DNA of 64,000 nt from Eledone cirrhosa. Its lineage: Eukaryota. The stretch covers positions 17,484,001-17,548,000 of the forward strand of contig OZ024750.1 in the NCBI GenBank assembly GCA_964016885.1. The letters are read 5' to 3'. The number at the start of each line of letters is the position of its first letter. The first letter of the stretch is position 1. Both the position numbers and the translations under genes were made by a program. Under the pieces are notes generated by a model. The model was not told the DNA's origin and did not search any database. It was given only the letters and a program-made list of their open reading frames with translations. Positions 24,648-36,399 of this stretch are shown piece by piece.

Positions 24648-25109
24648 TAACGAAGGAATTGTGGTAAGGAACCAGATGGACCATAACACACCAAAGTACT
24701 CAATACTTAGTGTAGTAGAATGGGTAATAGGGACAAGTATGACCCCGGCGGCAGAGCTCAAGACGTTTCGACGGCTATTTCAGTCCAGAATTAGCCGTCG
24801 AAACGGCTTGAGCTCTGCCGTCGGGGGTCATACTTGTTCCTATTACCCATTCTACTACACTAAGTATTGAGTACTTTGGTGCGTTATGGTCCATCTGGTT
24901 CCTTACGGCTATTTCAGTCCAGAAATAGCCGTCGAAACGGCTTGAGCTCTGCCGTCGGGGGTCATACTTGTTCCTATTACCCATTCTACTACACTAAGTA
25001 TTGAGTACTTTGGTGCGTTATGGTCCATCTGGTTCCTTACGGCTATTTCAGTCCAGAAATAGCCGTCGAAACGGCTTGAGCTCTGCCGTCGGGGTCATAC
25101 TTGTTCCTA
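24648..25109. mobile_element. Family F: inverted head plus 134-bp tandem units (~2.5)
   Basis: ACGGCTATTTCAGTCC recurs at 24771, 24905, 25039; 24648-24780 is an inverted copy. Confidence 0.9.
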
Positions 25110-25359
25110 TTTATTTATTTATATGTAGTCATGTCAGTGAACTGAATTGTCAATTTAATCCCCGTTTCTCTGATAATATAAGGAATGCCTCATTTGATAG
25201 TTGTCAACATGCTTAGTCTAGGAAAGGCATGCATGTCACTGATTCTTCTAATAATTATACCATGTCTGGAAACGAGGAACCACTACTTACAGCAACAAGC
25301 GACTGAGCTGTTGATGTGAGCTTTGATATCATTCTTTTATCAACATCACACAGTTTACT

Positions 25360-26340
25360 GCATCAACACCACGGAGTTAGCTTACAACACCACCACCACC
25401 ACGGAGTTAGCTTACAACACCACCACCACCACGGAGTTAGCTTACACCACCACCACCACCAACACCACGGAGTTAGCTTACACCACCACCAATACCAACA
25501 TCAACGCCTCACAGCTAGCTTACACAACCACCACCATCTCACAGCTAGCCTACACCACCACCACCATCAACACCACGGAACTAGCTTACACCATCACCAC
25601 CACCACCACCATCAACATCACAGAGCTAGCTTACACCACCACCACCATCACCACCTCACAGCTAGCCTACACCACCACCACCACCATCATCACCTTACAG
25701 CTAGCCTCCACCCCCACCACCACCATCAACACCTCACAGCTAGCCTACATCACCCCTACCTCCACCATCAACATCACAACGCGCAGACAACACCAACCAC
25801 CCCCACCATCAACATCACAACGCGCAGACCACACCAACCACCCCCACCACCACCACCACCATCACAAGGTGCAGACCACACCAACCACCCCCACCACCCC
25901 CACCACCACCATCACAAGGTGCAGACAACACCAACACCACCACTTTCAATATCTCGCCGTGCAGACAACACCTACCACCACAATCAGCAAAACCATTATC
26001 ACACACCGTGTGATGATTCCACCAACCACCACCATTACCACCTCCCAGTGGGCTTACACCACCACACCACCATCACCGTACCACCCTAACCATCATACCA
26101 CCATTAACATCACAGCGGGCTGACACCACCATACCATCAACACCACATCACAGCGTGCTGACAACAGCACCACACCACCAATACCATCATCACAGCGTGC
26201 TGACACCACCATACCACTATCAACACAGCGTGCTGGCGACACCATACCACCACCGCCACCACCACCACCACCACCACCATTACAGCGTGTTGACAACACC
26301 ACCACCATCAACACCAAGGCATGCTGACAACAACATCCAA
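25360..26340. repeat. CAC-rich complex minisatellite
   Basis: GGAGTTAGCTTACA / CACAGCTAGCCTACA / GTGCAGAC cores separated by (CAC)n. Confidence 0.85.
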
Positions 26341-26386
26341 CCATTCAATCAACACCTATTACAACAACAACATTGGTAGAAATAAG

Positions 26387-27100
26387 TATTTCTAATTTAG
26401 GTACAAGGCCAACAGTTTTGGTGGCGGGGGAGGGGGAAAATCGATTATATCGACCTCAGTATTTGACTGGTACTTTATATTTGTTTTCCACCACGGAAGG
26501 ATATAAGGCAAAGTTGACCTTGACTTGATTTGATCTCAGAACGTAAAGAGCCGGAATTAAATATTGCTATGACATTTTATTCGGCGTGTTAAACATTCTG
26601 CTAAGCCAGCGTCCTTATAATTGTTTCTACGTTAGGCACAAGGCCAGCAAATACCCAGTGCATTACTGGTACTTTATTTTATCGACCCCGTAAGGATGAA
26701 AGGCAACGTTAACCTTGGCAATGGTTTCAGATATTGAGGGGAGAGAAAGTTGAGAAGTCGAGTACTTTGCTGGTACTTTATTTTATCGACCTCGTAAGGA
26801 TGAAGGGCAACATCGACTTCGGAGGGATTTGAACTCAGAAAGTAAAGAGCTGGAAATGCCGAGAGAAATAACACCAAGGTCATGTCTATCATCATCATCA
26901 TCAACGCCGCAATCAGTATCTGTAGAGCGTCGAATAACATGCTTTGTGGCATAGAGTTACGGCCTGTGGTCAACTTTGCCTTTCAACCTTACTGGGTCGA
27001 TAAAATAAAGTACCAGTAATGCACTGGTGTCGATATAATTAACCCCCCCCCCCCCAAAAAAAAAATATTTGTTGGCTTTATGCCTAAATCAGAATAATTA
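26387..27100. mobile_element. Cluster of four diverged or partial SINE family 1 copies (three minus, one plus)
   Basis: Repeated TGGTACTTTATTTTATCGAC / GTCGATAAAATAAAGTACCAG cores at ~26465, 26665, 26770 and 26995. Confidence 0.8.
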
Positions 27101-27529
27101 TAACCATTGATACTAACATAAACAATGACACCTCCATCAACAACAACAGTAACACCACACCACCAACAGCTACACCACTAACACTAACACCACCAACAGC
27201 TACAACTCAACACCAACAACAACAACACTACATCATCAACACCAACACTACCATCATCATAACCACTAACATCACCACCAACACTACCACCATGGCCATC
27301 AATAGCAAAATCAACACTAGCGATAACATGCATAACTCTACCACCAATAACACTAACACCACCACCACCACCACCAGCAATACCAACACTAAATGTTTGG
27401 GGCTTTATAACTTCAGTAGCACAGGGCCTCATTTGTCCCAAACCCAGCACTGGTTATGAGGTTTGTGTTATACTGCTAAGTTGTGGTGGTTAAGTTTTGT
27501 GTGTGTTGTGCGGGTTATATGATATTTGC

Positions 27530-27820
27530 TCGTGGAGGCTGTATGTCCGAATGGTTAAAGAGCTCGCTTCGAAATAATTAGGTCTCTGGTTCGATCCCGC
27601 TGCGTGGAATCTAGGGTAAGTATCATTTACCACCTCCTCTGGACCAACTATGCCATGTGAGTGAAATTGGGTAGACGGAAACTGTTTGGAAGCCCGTCAA
27701 ATAAACAAATTTTGTCAATCACTGTGTCAGTTGCTTCTGACAGGACCCGCTGGAAGAAGTGTTTGAGGACGTTGCCCCCACGATCCTCTCAGGAATAAGT
27801 GGGCGAAGAAGAAGAAAACT
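27530..27820 (+). mobile_element. Diverged SINE followed by an RTE LINE 3' end
   Basis: tRNA-like head with GGTTCGATCCC; then GTTGCTTCTGACAGGACC...GAATAAGTGGGCGAAGAAGAAG matching 55577-55660. Confidence 0.6.
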
Positions 27821-28192
27821 GTTTCATGGAGAATCTTCTTGAAAATCACGTTAAAGGTTCAGGTGTCTGTGAAATGCTCAGGAACAGGATGTTCCATTGC
27901 CCGAAAAACTCGGAACACTCATCGTCGAAACTCAAGGAGATCCATCACATTCAGTGCCGGATTTAGGACAAATGAGGCTCCTAACTTGCGCCCTGGAGGA
28001 GGAAAAGAATTTGGGGGGGGGGGGGGGGCAGGAAGATGGGCTTCCCCAGGCCAACGGGATCCTTTGCTTAAGCACACACAAGCACGATGGTAAATCTGGC
28101 ATTGATCACATTATTTTGTTGGGTGTTATGTAAAGTATTCTCTGTGAATTGGTAAAAAAAAAAAACTTTTCATAATATTTTGACTAGTTGAC

Positions 28193-28272
<80 letters not shown>

Positions 28273-28966
28273 TATATATATATAGTAGCAGGAGAGAGGC
28301 GATTTAGATATACATTCATATGCTTCTACAAATCTCTCTCTCTCTAGATAGATAGATAGATAGATAGTGGAGTGGGAGGGAGAGACTCATTATAATAAAT
28401 GCACACTCATACACGGATTTATACTCATGTATACATATGTGTGTGTGTGTATGAATTTATAGTATTCACCAACTGCATAATGCACAATTTAATATATGAT
28501 CAAATTTATTACCACCGTAAACAGTAGCGTTATGCGAATTAGTAGATCCAGTTCTCTACTTCTGCCACATCTGATGGGCATATGAAGCTTTTGCTAGGGT
28601 ATTTCTTAGTAGATTGTGAAGGAAGTAAAAAGTTTCTGATAGAGATCTCAACAAAAATACCGTTAAGGTTGTCTTTTTTCCGGGGAAACATTTAAAATAA
28701 ATGTGTATAAATGACACCATATTGATAATACTTTATCGTACCCACGACGTTGAGAGCTTACGTCAGATTACACTCGAGTCGGTCAATTGCTTGATCAACC
28801 AACACTGATTACTTGAAGCTCTGTATATGTGTGTATGTATGTGTAATGTCTCTCTCTCTCTCTTTATATATATAGTAATAATAATAAATAAATATAAATA
28901 AATATAAATATAAATATATATATATAGTAATAATAATAAATAAATAATAGTAATAATAATAAACAG

Positions 28967-29013
<47 letters not shown>

Positions 29014-29085
29014 AATTAGTCCCTCGTCAGTGATTTGCCAACCATCATTGGTATTTCAATACCAATGATGGTTGGCAAATCACTG

Positions 29086-29267
29086 TCATTTCAAAAACAA
29101 ATATCATCATGGGATGATACTTGCGTTCTCATCAGATAAAATATGGAGACATGATATGAAGTTTAAAAAACACTTGCGAGCAGTGAAGTGTTAAATCTGC
29201 ATATTGAGTGCTACTTATCCGATATTTGCATTGCTTTATTGTGCTACAATAAAACTCACCTCCTACA
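29086..29267. mobile_element. Partial minus-strand HHR element fused to plus-strand tail (family of 23746)
   Basis: TTTC 29089...TCATCAG 29129-35; tail TTGAGTGCTACTTATCCGATATTTGC...CTCACCTCCTACA. Confidence 0.7.
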
Positions 29268-29469
29268 TTATATATATATATATATATATATATAGTTATG
29301 TAATAAACAACATAAGACAATTATTTCATTTACCAGTGGTTTCTTAAAAGCATATATTATGTTGTTTATTACATATAAAAGCATATATTATGTTGTTTAT
29401 TACATAACTATTAAGCTCTGTTACCTACATAGAGCACTCTTTTTTCCTGGACTTTTCCGACGGGATTAC

Positions 29470-29500
<31 letters not shown>

Positions 29501-29557
29501 GTACAGAGAAATACACGACGGGTGTAGGATGTATTACAAACTATCCAGTAGTCATAC

Positions 29558-29676
29558 GATCTGAGTTCAAATCCCGCCCAGGTTGACTTTGCCTTTCATC
29601 CTTACGGGGTCGATAAAATAAAGTACCAGTAATGCACTGGGTAATTGCTGGCCTTGTGCCTAAAGTAGAAACAATT
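29558..29676 (+). mobile_element. SINE family 1, 5'-truncated
   Basis: B box, core and tail present. Confidence 0.85.
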
Positions 29677-30148
29677 ATTGAAGTAAAATGCCAACAAAAG
29701 ACCTCCTCACTTCAGAGACAATACACAGGAGAATTATGGTTGTTTAGTTAAAACATTAGAGAAATTATTGAAATCTTAATATATCCGGTTCTGAATATGC
29801 GCACACACACACACACACTCACATGCATACTCACATACACACACACTCACACAAACACACGCTAACATACACCACACTCACACACACACATACACACGCT
29901 AACATACACCACACTCATATACACACCCACACATGCATCTTCTCTAGATACAGGAACTAACGAGCCTGAGAAACGAGTCTAGTTTCATTTTTATTTATTT
30001 TGTTTGTTTGTTTATTTGTTTATTTTTGTAATACACCCACACAAGTACATATGACAAGGTTTTAAGATGTTCGCAATCACAGAGCCACGAGTTCGATCTT
30101 ACCGTGTGACATCTGGGACAAGTATTATTTGTCTCAGATGTCACGAAG

Positions 30149-30540
30149 TATAGGTGAAGCGTCAGACATGCTTTATGTCGTAGAGTTACGGCACTTTACG
30201 ATCTGAGTGTTAGCTTTGCCTTTTATCCTTACAGGGTCGATAAAATAAAGTACCAGTCATGCACTGGGATCGATTTAATCGACTTTCTCTTCCTTCCAAA
30301 TTGCCGGCCTTGTGCTTTAATCAGAAGGTGGATTGGCAGTATCGTTAGAGCGTCGGACAACATGCTTTGCCAGCATAGAGTTACGGCCCTTTGCGTTCTG
30401 TGTCCAAATCTCGCTGTGGTTAGCTTTGTCTTTCATCCTTACAGGGTCGATAAAATAAAATACCAGTCATACACTGGGGTCGATTTAATGGACTTTCTCT
30501 TCCCCCAAATTGCTGGCCTTGTGGCTAAATCAGAAACTAT
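30149..30540 (+). mobile_element. Two tandem SINE family 1 variants
   Basis: Two cores GGGTCGATAAAATAAA at ~30234 and ~30444. Confidence 0.8.
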
Positions 30541-30597
30541 TGTTTACTATAGCCTCAGATCGACCCAAACTTTGTGAAGGTAACTAGGTAGACAAAC

Positions 30598-30679
30598 TAT
30601 TGGGTCGTCAGGTATGAAATTTGTGGAAATTTGTTTTTATCTACAAATTTCTACAAATTTCATACTTGACGATCCAATA
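30598..30679. repeat. 37-bp-arm hairpin (MITE-like)
   Basis: TATTGGGTCGTCAGGTATGAAATTTGTGGAAATTTGT / ACAAATTTCTACAAATTTCATACTTGACGATCCAATA; 8-nt loop. Confidence 0.8.
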
Positions 30680-30878
30680 TTGAAAAATCCGTTGGATGGA
30701 TGGACTGTACATGTAATTCAAAGATCTAGCCATAGCATATTGTGTCGCACTGAATCTCCCTGAGAATTACATCAAGAGTACATGTCTCTGAAATAGTCAC
30801 ACTACAATACAAAATAGATTGTACCTGTAATTCGAAGGTCCAGCCTTGCCACTTATTGTGTCGTAGTGATTATATATA

Positions 30879-31037
30879 CAGGTAAAAATTCGTTATGACG
30901 AATACCATTATATAGAATTTTTCAGTATAACCAATTTTTTTTTCAATCCCCAGCCACAAGCTCAATGTGTTAGATCGATCTCGTTATAACGAATTTTTTT
31001 TATATCCCGTGAATTTCGTTATAACGGAATTTTACTG
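30879..31037. mobile_element. Tigger/pogo-like MITE
   Basis: TA-CAGGTAAAAATTCGTTATGACGAA ... TTCGTTATAACGGAATTTTACTG-TA. Confidence 0.7.
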
Positions 31038-31406
31038 TATATATACATATATGACAGTCGATCGACTTTCGTCAAGTTGGACCAAGGAAACAATGTTTCC
31101 ATTGGTATTTCTGATTGCTAATACTATCTATCGATCTATCGATCGCAAATCCAGGTAGAAGGAGCAACGTGAAATAAAGTGTCTTGCTCAAGGACATAAC
31201 GCATTGCCCGATCGGGGAATCAAACTCACAACCTCACGATGGCGAATCCAATTCACTAACCACTCAGCCACGCTCCTTCGCACACACACACACACACTTT
31301 ATTAAGGCTAAATAGTGAGTCTTGTTACTCTGGAGTATTTAATATTTAGCCTTAATAACATGAATATTTAAACTCTACTTCGGTGTTGAGTACTCTTTTC
31401 TCTCAG

Positions 31407-31443
<37 letters not shown>

Positions 31444-32261
31444 GAGTACAGGTGTCCGTAGAATACTAAGCCACTTACTCTATATTCCTGAGAATTACAA
31501 TAAGGGTACACGTGTCTGTAGAATGGCACATTAATTTCACAAGCAAACTGTTCCATTGATCGAACAATTGGAACACTTATCGTCGAATCAGACGGGGATC
31601 CATTCCACCACACAGATTGAAGTGTTCTAAATATTTTCCTACTTTTATTCTGATGAAGCTGTTGATTCAGCCATTTTTATCGGCTCTTCTTGAGAAGATA
31701 GTTTTGAGAAATTCCTGTGAGACCTCCTTGTCCAATATCTGAAAAGAGGGTTCAGATTTTGTAATACGATCGCCTTATCTCCCCTTTCCCTACCTCTCCC
31801 ACCTCCCTCTCCTCACTTTCTTCCTCTTATTCTCTCTTTCCCTCGCTCTCTCACCTTCTAGTTCTCTCTTCCCCCTCTCTCCAACATCCTCTCATCCTCT
31901 CCCTAACATCCTCTCATCCTCTCCCTCATCCTCTCATCCTCTCCCTCATCTTCTCATCCTCTCCCTCACCTCTCTTCCTCTCCCTCACTTCTTTTCCTCT
32001 CTCTCTTTCTCTCTTCCTCGCCATTCCTTTTCCTCTCTCTCCACCCCTCTCCCTCTATGTTTCCCACCTCTCTCCCCTCCTGTCTATCCCCCTCTCTCTC
32101 CCCTCCTGTCTATCCCTCTCTCTCTCCCCCTCCTCAGTTCCGTCAACACAGACAGACAATGTAACTGGAAGACATACTCAGTCGACATTTTTGATGTTAA
32201 AATATTCAATAATGAAAGTAGGTTTTTTTTTTTAGAAGTTTCGATTATTTATGTCTACCCC

Positions 32262-32375
<114 letters not shown>

Positions 32376-32530
32376 CATATATATAATACTAATAGGCACA
32401 CATATACATCTTAGATATATCTTAGATGTGGAGGGGAACATTCTAGATGCCTTAATCTATCATATCTCGATTGCAAGCCCAATGTTCTAACCACGAAGCC
32501 ATGCGCCTTCACATATATGTGTATATATAT

Positions 32531-32712
32531 AATAGTTTCTACTATTGGCACAAGGCCAGCAATTAACCAGTGTATTACTGGTACTTTATTTTATCAACCC
32601 CGTAAGGATGAAAGGCAAAGTTAACCCCGGCGGAATTTGAACTCAGAATGGCAAGGGCCGTAACTCCATGCGTCAAAGCATGGCGTCCGACCCTCTACCG
32701 ATACTGCCAATC
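32531..32712 (-). mobile_element. SINE family 1
   Basis: Revcomp of the consensus. Confidence 0.9.
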
Positions 32713-32988
32713 TACATATAATGTATATAATATGTATATATATGTATATATAATGTATATATGTATATATAAAAAATATATATATGTATATATAATGTAT
32801 ATATGTATATATAAAATATATATATATGTATATATAAAATATATATATGTATAAATAAAAAATATATATATATGTATATATAAAATATATATATATATGT
32901 ATATATAAAATATATATATATAATATGTATATATAATATATATATATATATATGTATATATAATATATATATATAATGTATATATAAA

Positions 32989-33019
<31 letters not shown>

Positions 33020-34300
33020 AAATATGTATATATAAAATATATATATATATGTATATATAAAATATATATATATAATATGTATATATAAAATATATGTATA
33101 TATGTATATATGTATATATAATATATATATATATGTATATATAAAATATATATGTATATATATATATATGTATATATGTATATATAAAATATATATATAT
33201 ATGTATATATAAAATATATATGTATATATAATATATATATATATATATGTATATATAAAATATATATGTATATATAATATATATATATATATATGTATAT
33301 ATAAAATATATATGTATATATAAAATATATATATATGTATATATAAAATATATATATATGTATATATAAAATATATATATATATATGTATATATATATGT
33401 ATATATAAAATATATATATATATGTATATATAAAATATATATATATATGTATATATAAAATATATATATATGTATATATAAAATATATATATATATATAT
33501 GTATATATAAAATATATATATATATATATGTATATATAAAATATATATATATATATATGTATATATAAAATATATATATATATATATGTATATATAAAAA
33601 ATATATATATATATATGTATATATAAAATATATATATATGTATATATAAAATATATATATATGTATATATAAAATATATATATATGTATATATAAAATAT
33701 ATATATATGTATATATAAAATATATATATATGTATATATAAAATATATATATATGTATATATAAAATATATATATATGTATATATAAAATATATATATAT
33801 GTATATATAAAATATATATATATATGTATATATAAAATATATATATATGTATATATAAAATATATATATATATGTATATATAAAATATATATATATATGT
33901 ATATATAAAATATATATATATATGTATATATAAAATATATATATATATGTATATATAAAATATATATATATATGTATATATAAAATATATATATATATGT
34001 ATATATAAAATATATATATATATGTATATATAAAATATATATATATATGTATATATAAAATATATATATATATGTATATATAAAATATATATATATATGT
34101 ATATATAAAATATATATATATATGTATATATAAAATATATATATATATGTATATATAAAATATATATATATATGCATATATAAAATATATATATATGTAT
34201 ATATAAAATATATATATATGCATATATAAAATATATATATATGCATATATAAAATATATATATATGTATATATAAAATATATATATATGTATATATAAAA
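32713..34300. repeat. AT-rich minisatellite, ~(TATATAAAATATATATATATG)n, 1.6 kb
   Basis: Regular 20-26-bp units derived from (TA)n. Confidence 0.95.
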
Positions 34301-34440
34301 TATTGTTATACTTTGGGAGGGTCATGTTGCCAATAAGAAAATGTTTCTTATTGGCAACATGACCCTCCCAAAGTATAACAATATCGGTTTCAACACACGA
34401 TTTCAGATAAAGAATCTTGCTAAACAAATTCAGAAACGAA
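34300..34440 (-). mobile_element. Fold-back copy of the 8742 family
   Basis: Arms ~34300-34339 and ~34344-34383 (TTGGGAGGGTCATGTTGCCAATAAGAAA and its revcomp). Confidence 0.8.
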
Positions 34441-34596
34441 ATATATATAAAATATATATATATATATGTATATATAAAATATATATATATATATATGTAT
34501 ATATAAAATATATATATATGTATATATAAAATATATATATGTATATATAAAATATATATATATATATAATATATATATATATAATATATATATATA

Positions 34597-34691
34597 TTTA
34601 TTAAAATAACAGATTAAAGTTTAAGCAAAGAATCGCTGCTTTTACTCTTCAGCGATTCTTTGCTTAAACTTTAATCTGTTATTTTAATAAA
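34597..34691. repeat. Inverted repeat, 42-bp arms, 11-nt loop
   Basis: TTTATTAAAATAACAGATTAAAGTTTAAGCAAAGAATCGCTG and its revcomp at 34650-34691. Confidence 0.9.
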
Positions 34692-34788
34692 TATTTGCTC
34701 TACGGTTCTTATATATTTGATATATATTTAGTCTTCAAATTTATTATTATTACTATTATTATATATAATATATATATAATATATATAT

Positions 34789-34977
34789 AATTGTTTCTAC
34801 TTTAGGCACAAGGCCACCAAATTACCCAGTGCATTACTGGTACTTTATTTTATCGACCCCGTAAGGATGAAAGGCAAAGTTAACCTCGGCGGGATTTGAA
34901 CTCAGATCGTAAAGGGACGTAACTATGCTGGAAAGCATGGCGTCCGACCCTCTACCGATACTGCTAATCCACCACCC
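34789..34977 (-). mobile_element. SINE family 1, full length
   Basis: Revcomp of the consensus. Confidence 0.9.
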
Positions 34978-35466
34978 TTATATATATAATATTTATATAT
35001 ATAATATATATATAATGTTTATAATATGTATATATAATATATATATAAATGTATGAACAACAAAATGACGCCCAGCAGCGCCGTCACCGCTATAAGTGTC
35101 TTTGGTTAAGTTATATACTTCAATGCAGCCATTGTCTTAATAGTTTATTCCTGACTAAAAAGGTTTGTCAACTGAGAGAAAAACGATGGAATTTCATCAG
35201 AAATGAAAACTTGAAAAACTTTTGTCCTAGTTTCTATCCGCAAATCTCTCTCGCAACGCCCCCCCCCCTCTCTCTCTCTCTCTGTCTGTGAAAAGGGAAG
35301 TAACGTTCTATACAAAACAGTGGTTATAGAGAAAAGGTAATAGCAAGGAAAATATATTTTAGGGTCAGTTTTCCTTTTTTGGCCTTTCTTTGATTCATCA
35401 ACGTGTCATTATTGAAAACATGAGAGGGAGAATTCTTTTAAAAAAGAGTTTTAAAAGGTCTATAAA

Positions 35467-35510
35467 GTATTACCGGTTTCGATGCATTAGTAAAATTCAT
35501 CTTATCAAAT
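35467..35510 (-). ncRNA. Partial hammerhead with U3-A8 core
   Basis: Minus strand: TTGATAA-GATG(...)CATC-GAAA-CCGG-TA; the 5' strand of stem I is mostly lost. Confidence 0.45.
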
Positions 35511-35534
35511 GTTGAGTATTTCAATTAAAAAGAA

Positions 35535-35572
<38 letters not shown>

Positions 35573-35655
35573 GTGTGTTTATCGTCAAAAGTGTTTTAAA
35601 GCCATTTTTCCCCTCACTAGAGCAGGGGTTTGACTTGCGGGCCGTACCACACATG

Positions 35656-35701
<46 letters not shown>

Positions 35702-36399
35702 CACTTTATTTTTTTAATTAGCAATTTCCTATTTTCTCTGCTGTGTTGACAGTATACACGCTGGTGTCGAGAAATAAATTGTTAAACAAACAACAGCTAA
35801 GCCGAAATCAATTATTCCAATCAATATTATGTTTATATAGGGAGAAATCAATAGTTAAAATAAAGACAGATCAATATTTGATTATTTATCGATTCAGCAG
35901 CAGCAGTTAAGTCCAACTGAAACCCCACCTAGCCTTTCTTTATTTGTAACATCACACTCTCATTATATACAGTTCAATAGATGTGATGTTTATATCGTGT
36001 TTCTAAGGTGGAGTAACTCACCTGTGGATATAAGAAAAAACTACGGCCGCCACTTGCAATTGAGAATGATTTGGTATAATGCACCATGTTTTCACTAAAG
36101 GTTTAGATGCCCCGTATAGTGGCGAAGAGATACAGACATTCTCTCGACCCACCGTCCCTTCCTTGATCATGTGGGACCTTCAGGATGTGACACTCTGGTA
36201 GGAGAGAGAGTAAGCTGCATCCCGTATAGTAGCGAACAAATAGACACACCCTGGACCTTCGTTTGATCCCATGTAACATTCAGCTGGTGACAGCTGGAAG
36301 GGGAGAAAGTGGTGTGATCTGCCCCCCCCCCCTCCCCCTGCAGTGGCGAACAGATACAGAAAAATCCACTGAACCACCTTCCCTAGATCTCGTGTAACA

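Noticed and set aside
31650-31680. CTGATGA followed by an AGCTG/CAGC hairpin
   Set aside because: No GAAA or stem III follows, so it is not a complete hammerhead.
32621-34427. 541/571-aa IY-rich ORFs
   Set aside because: Translations of a TA-derived minisatellite.
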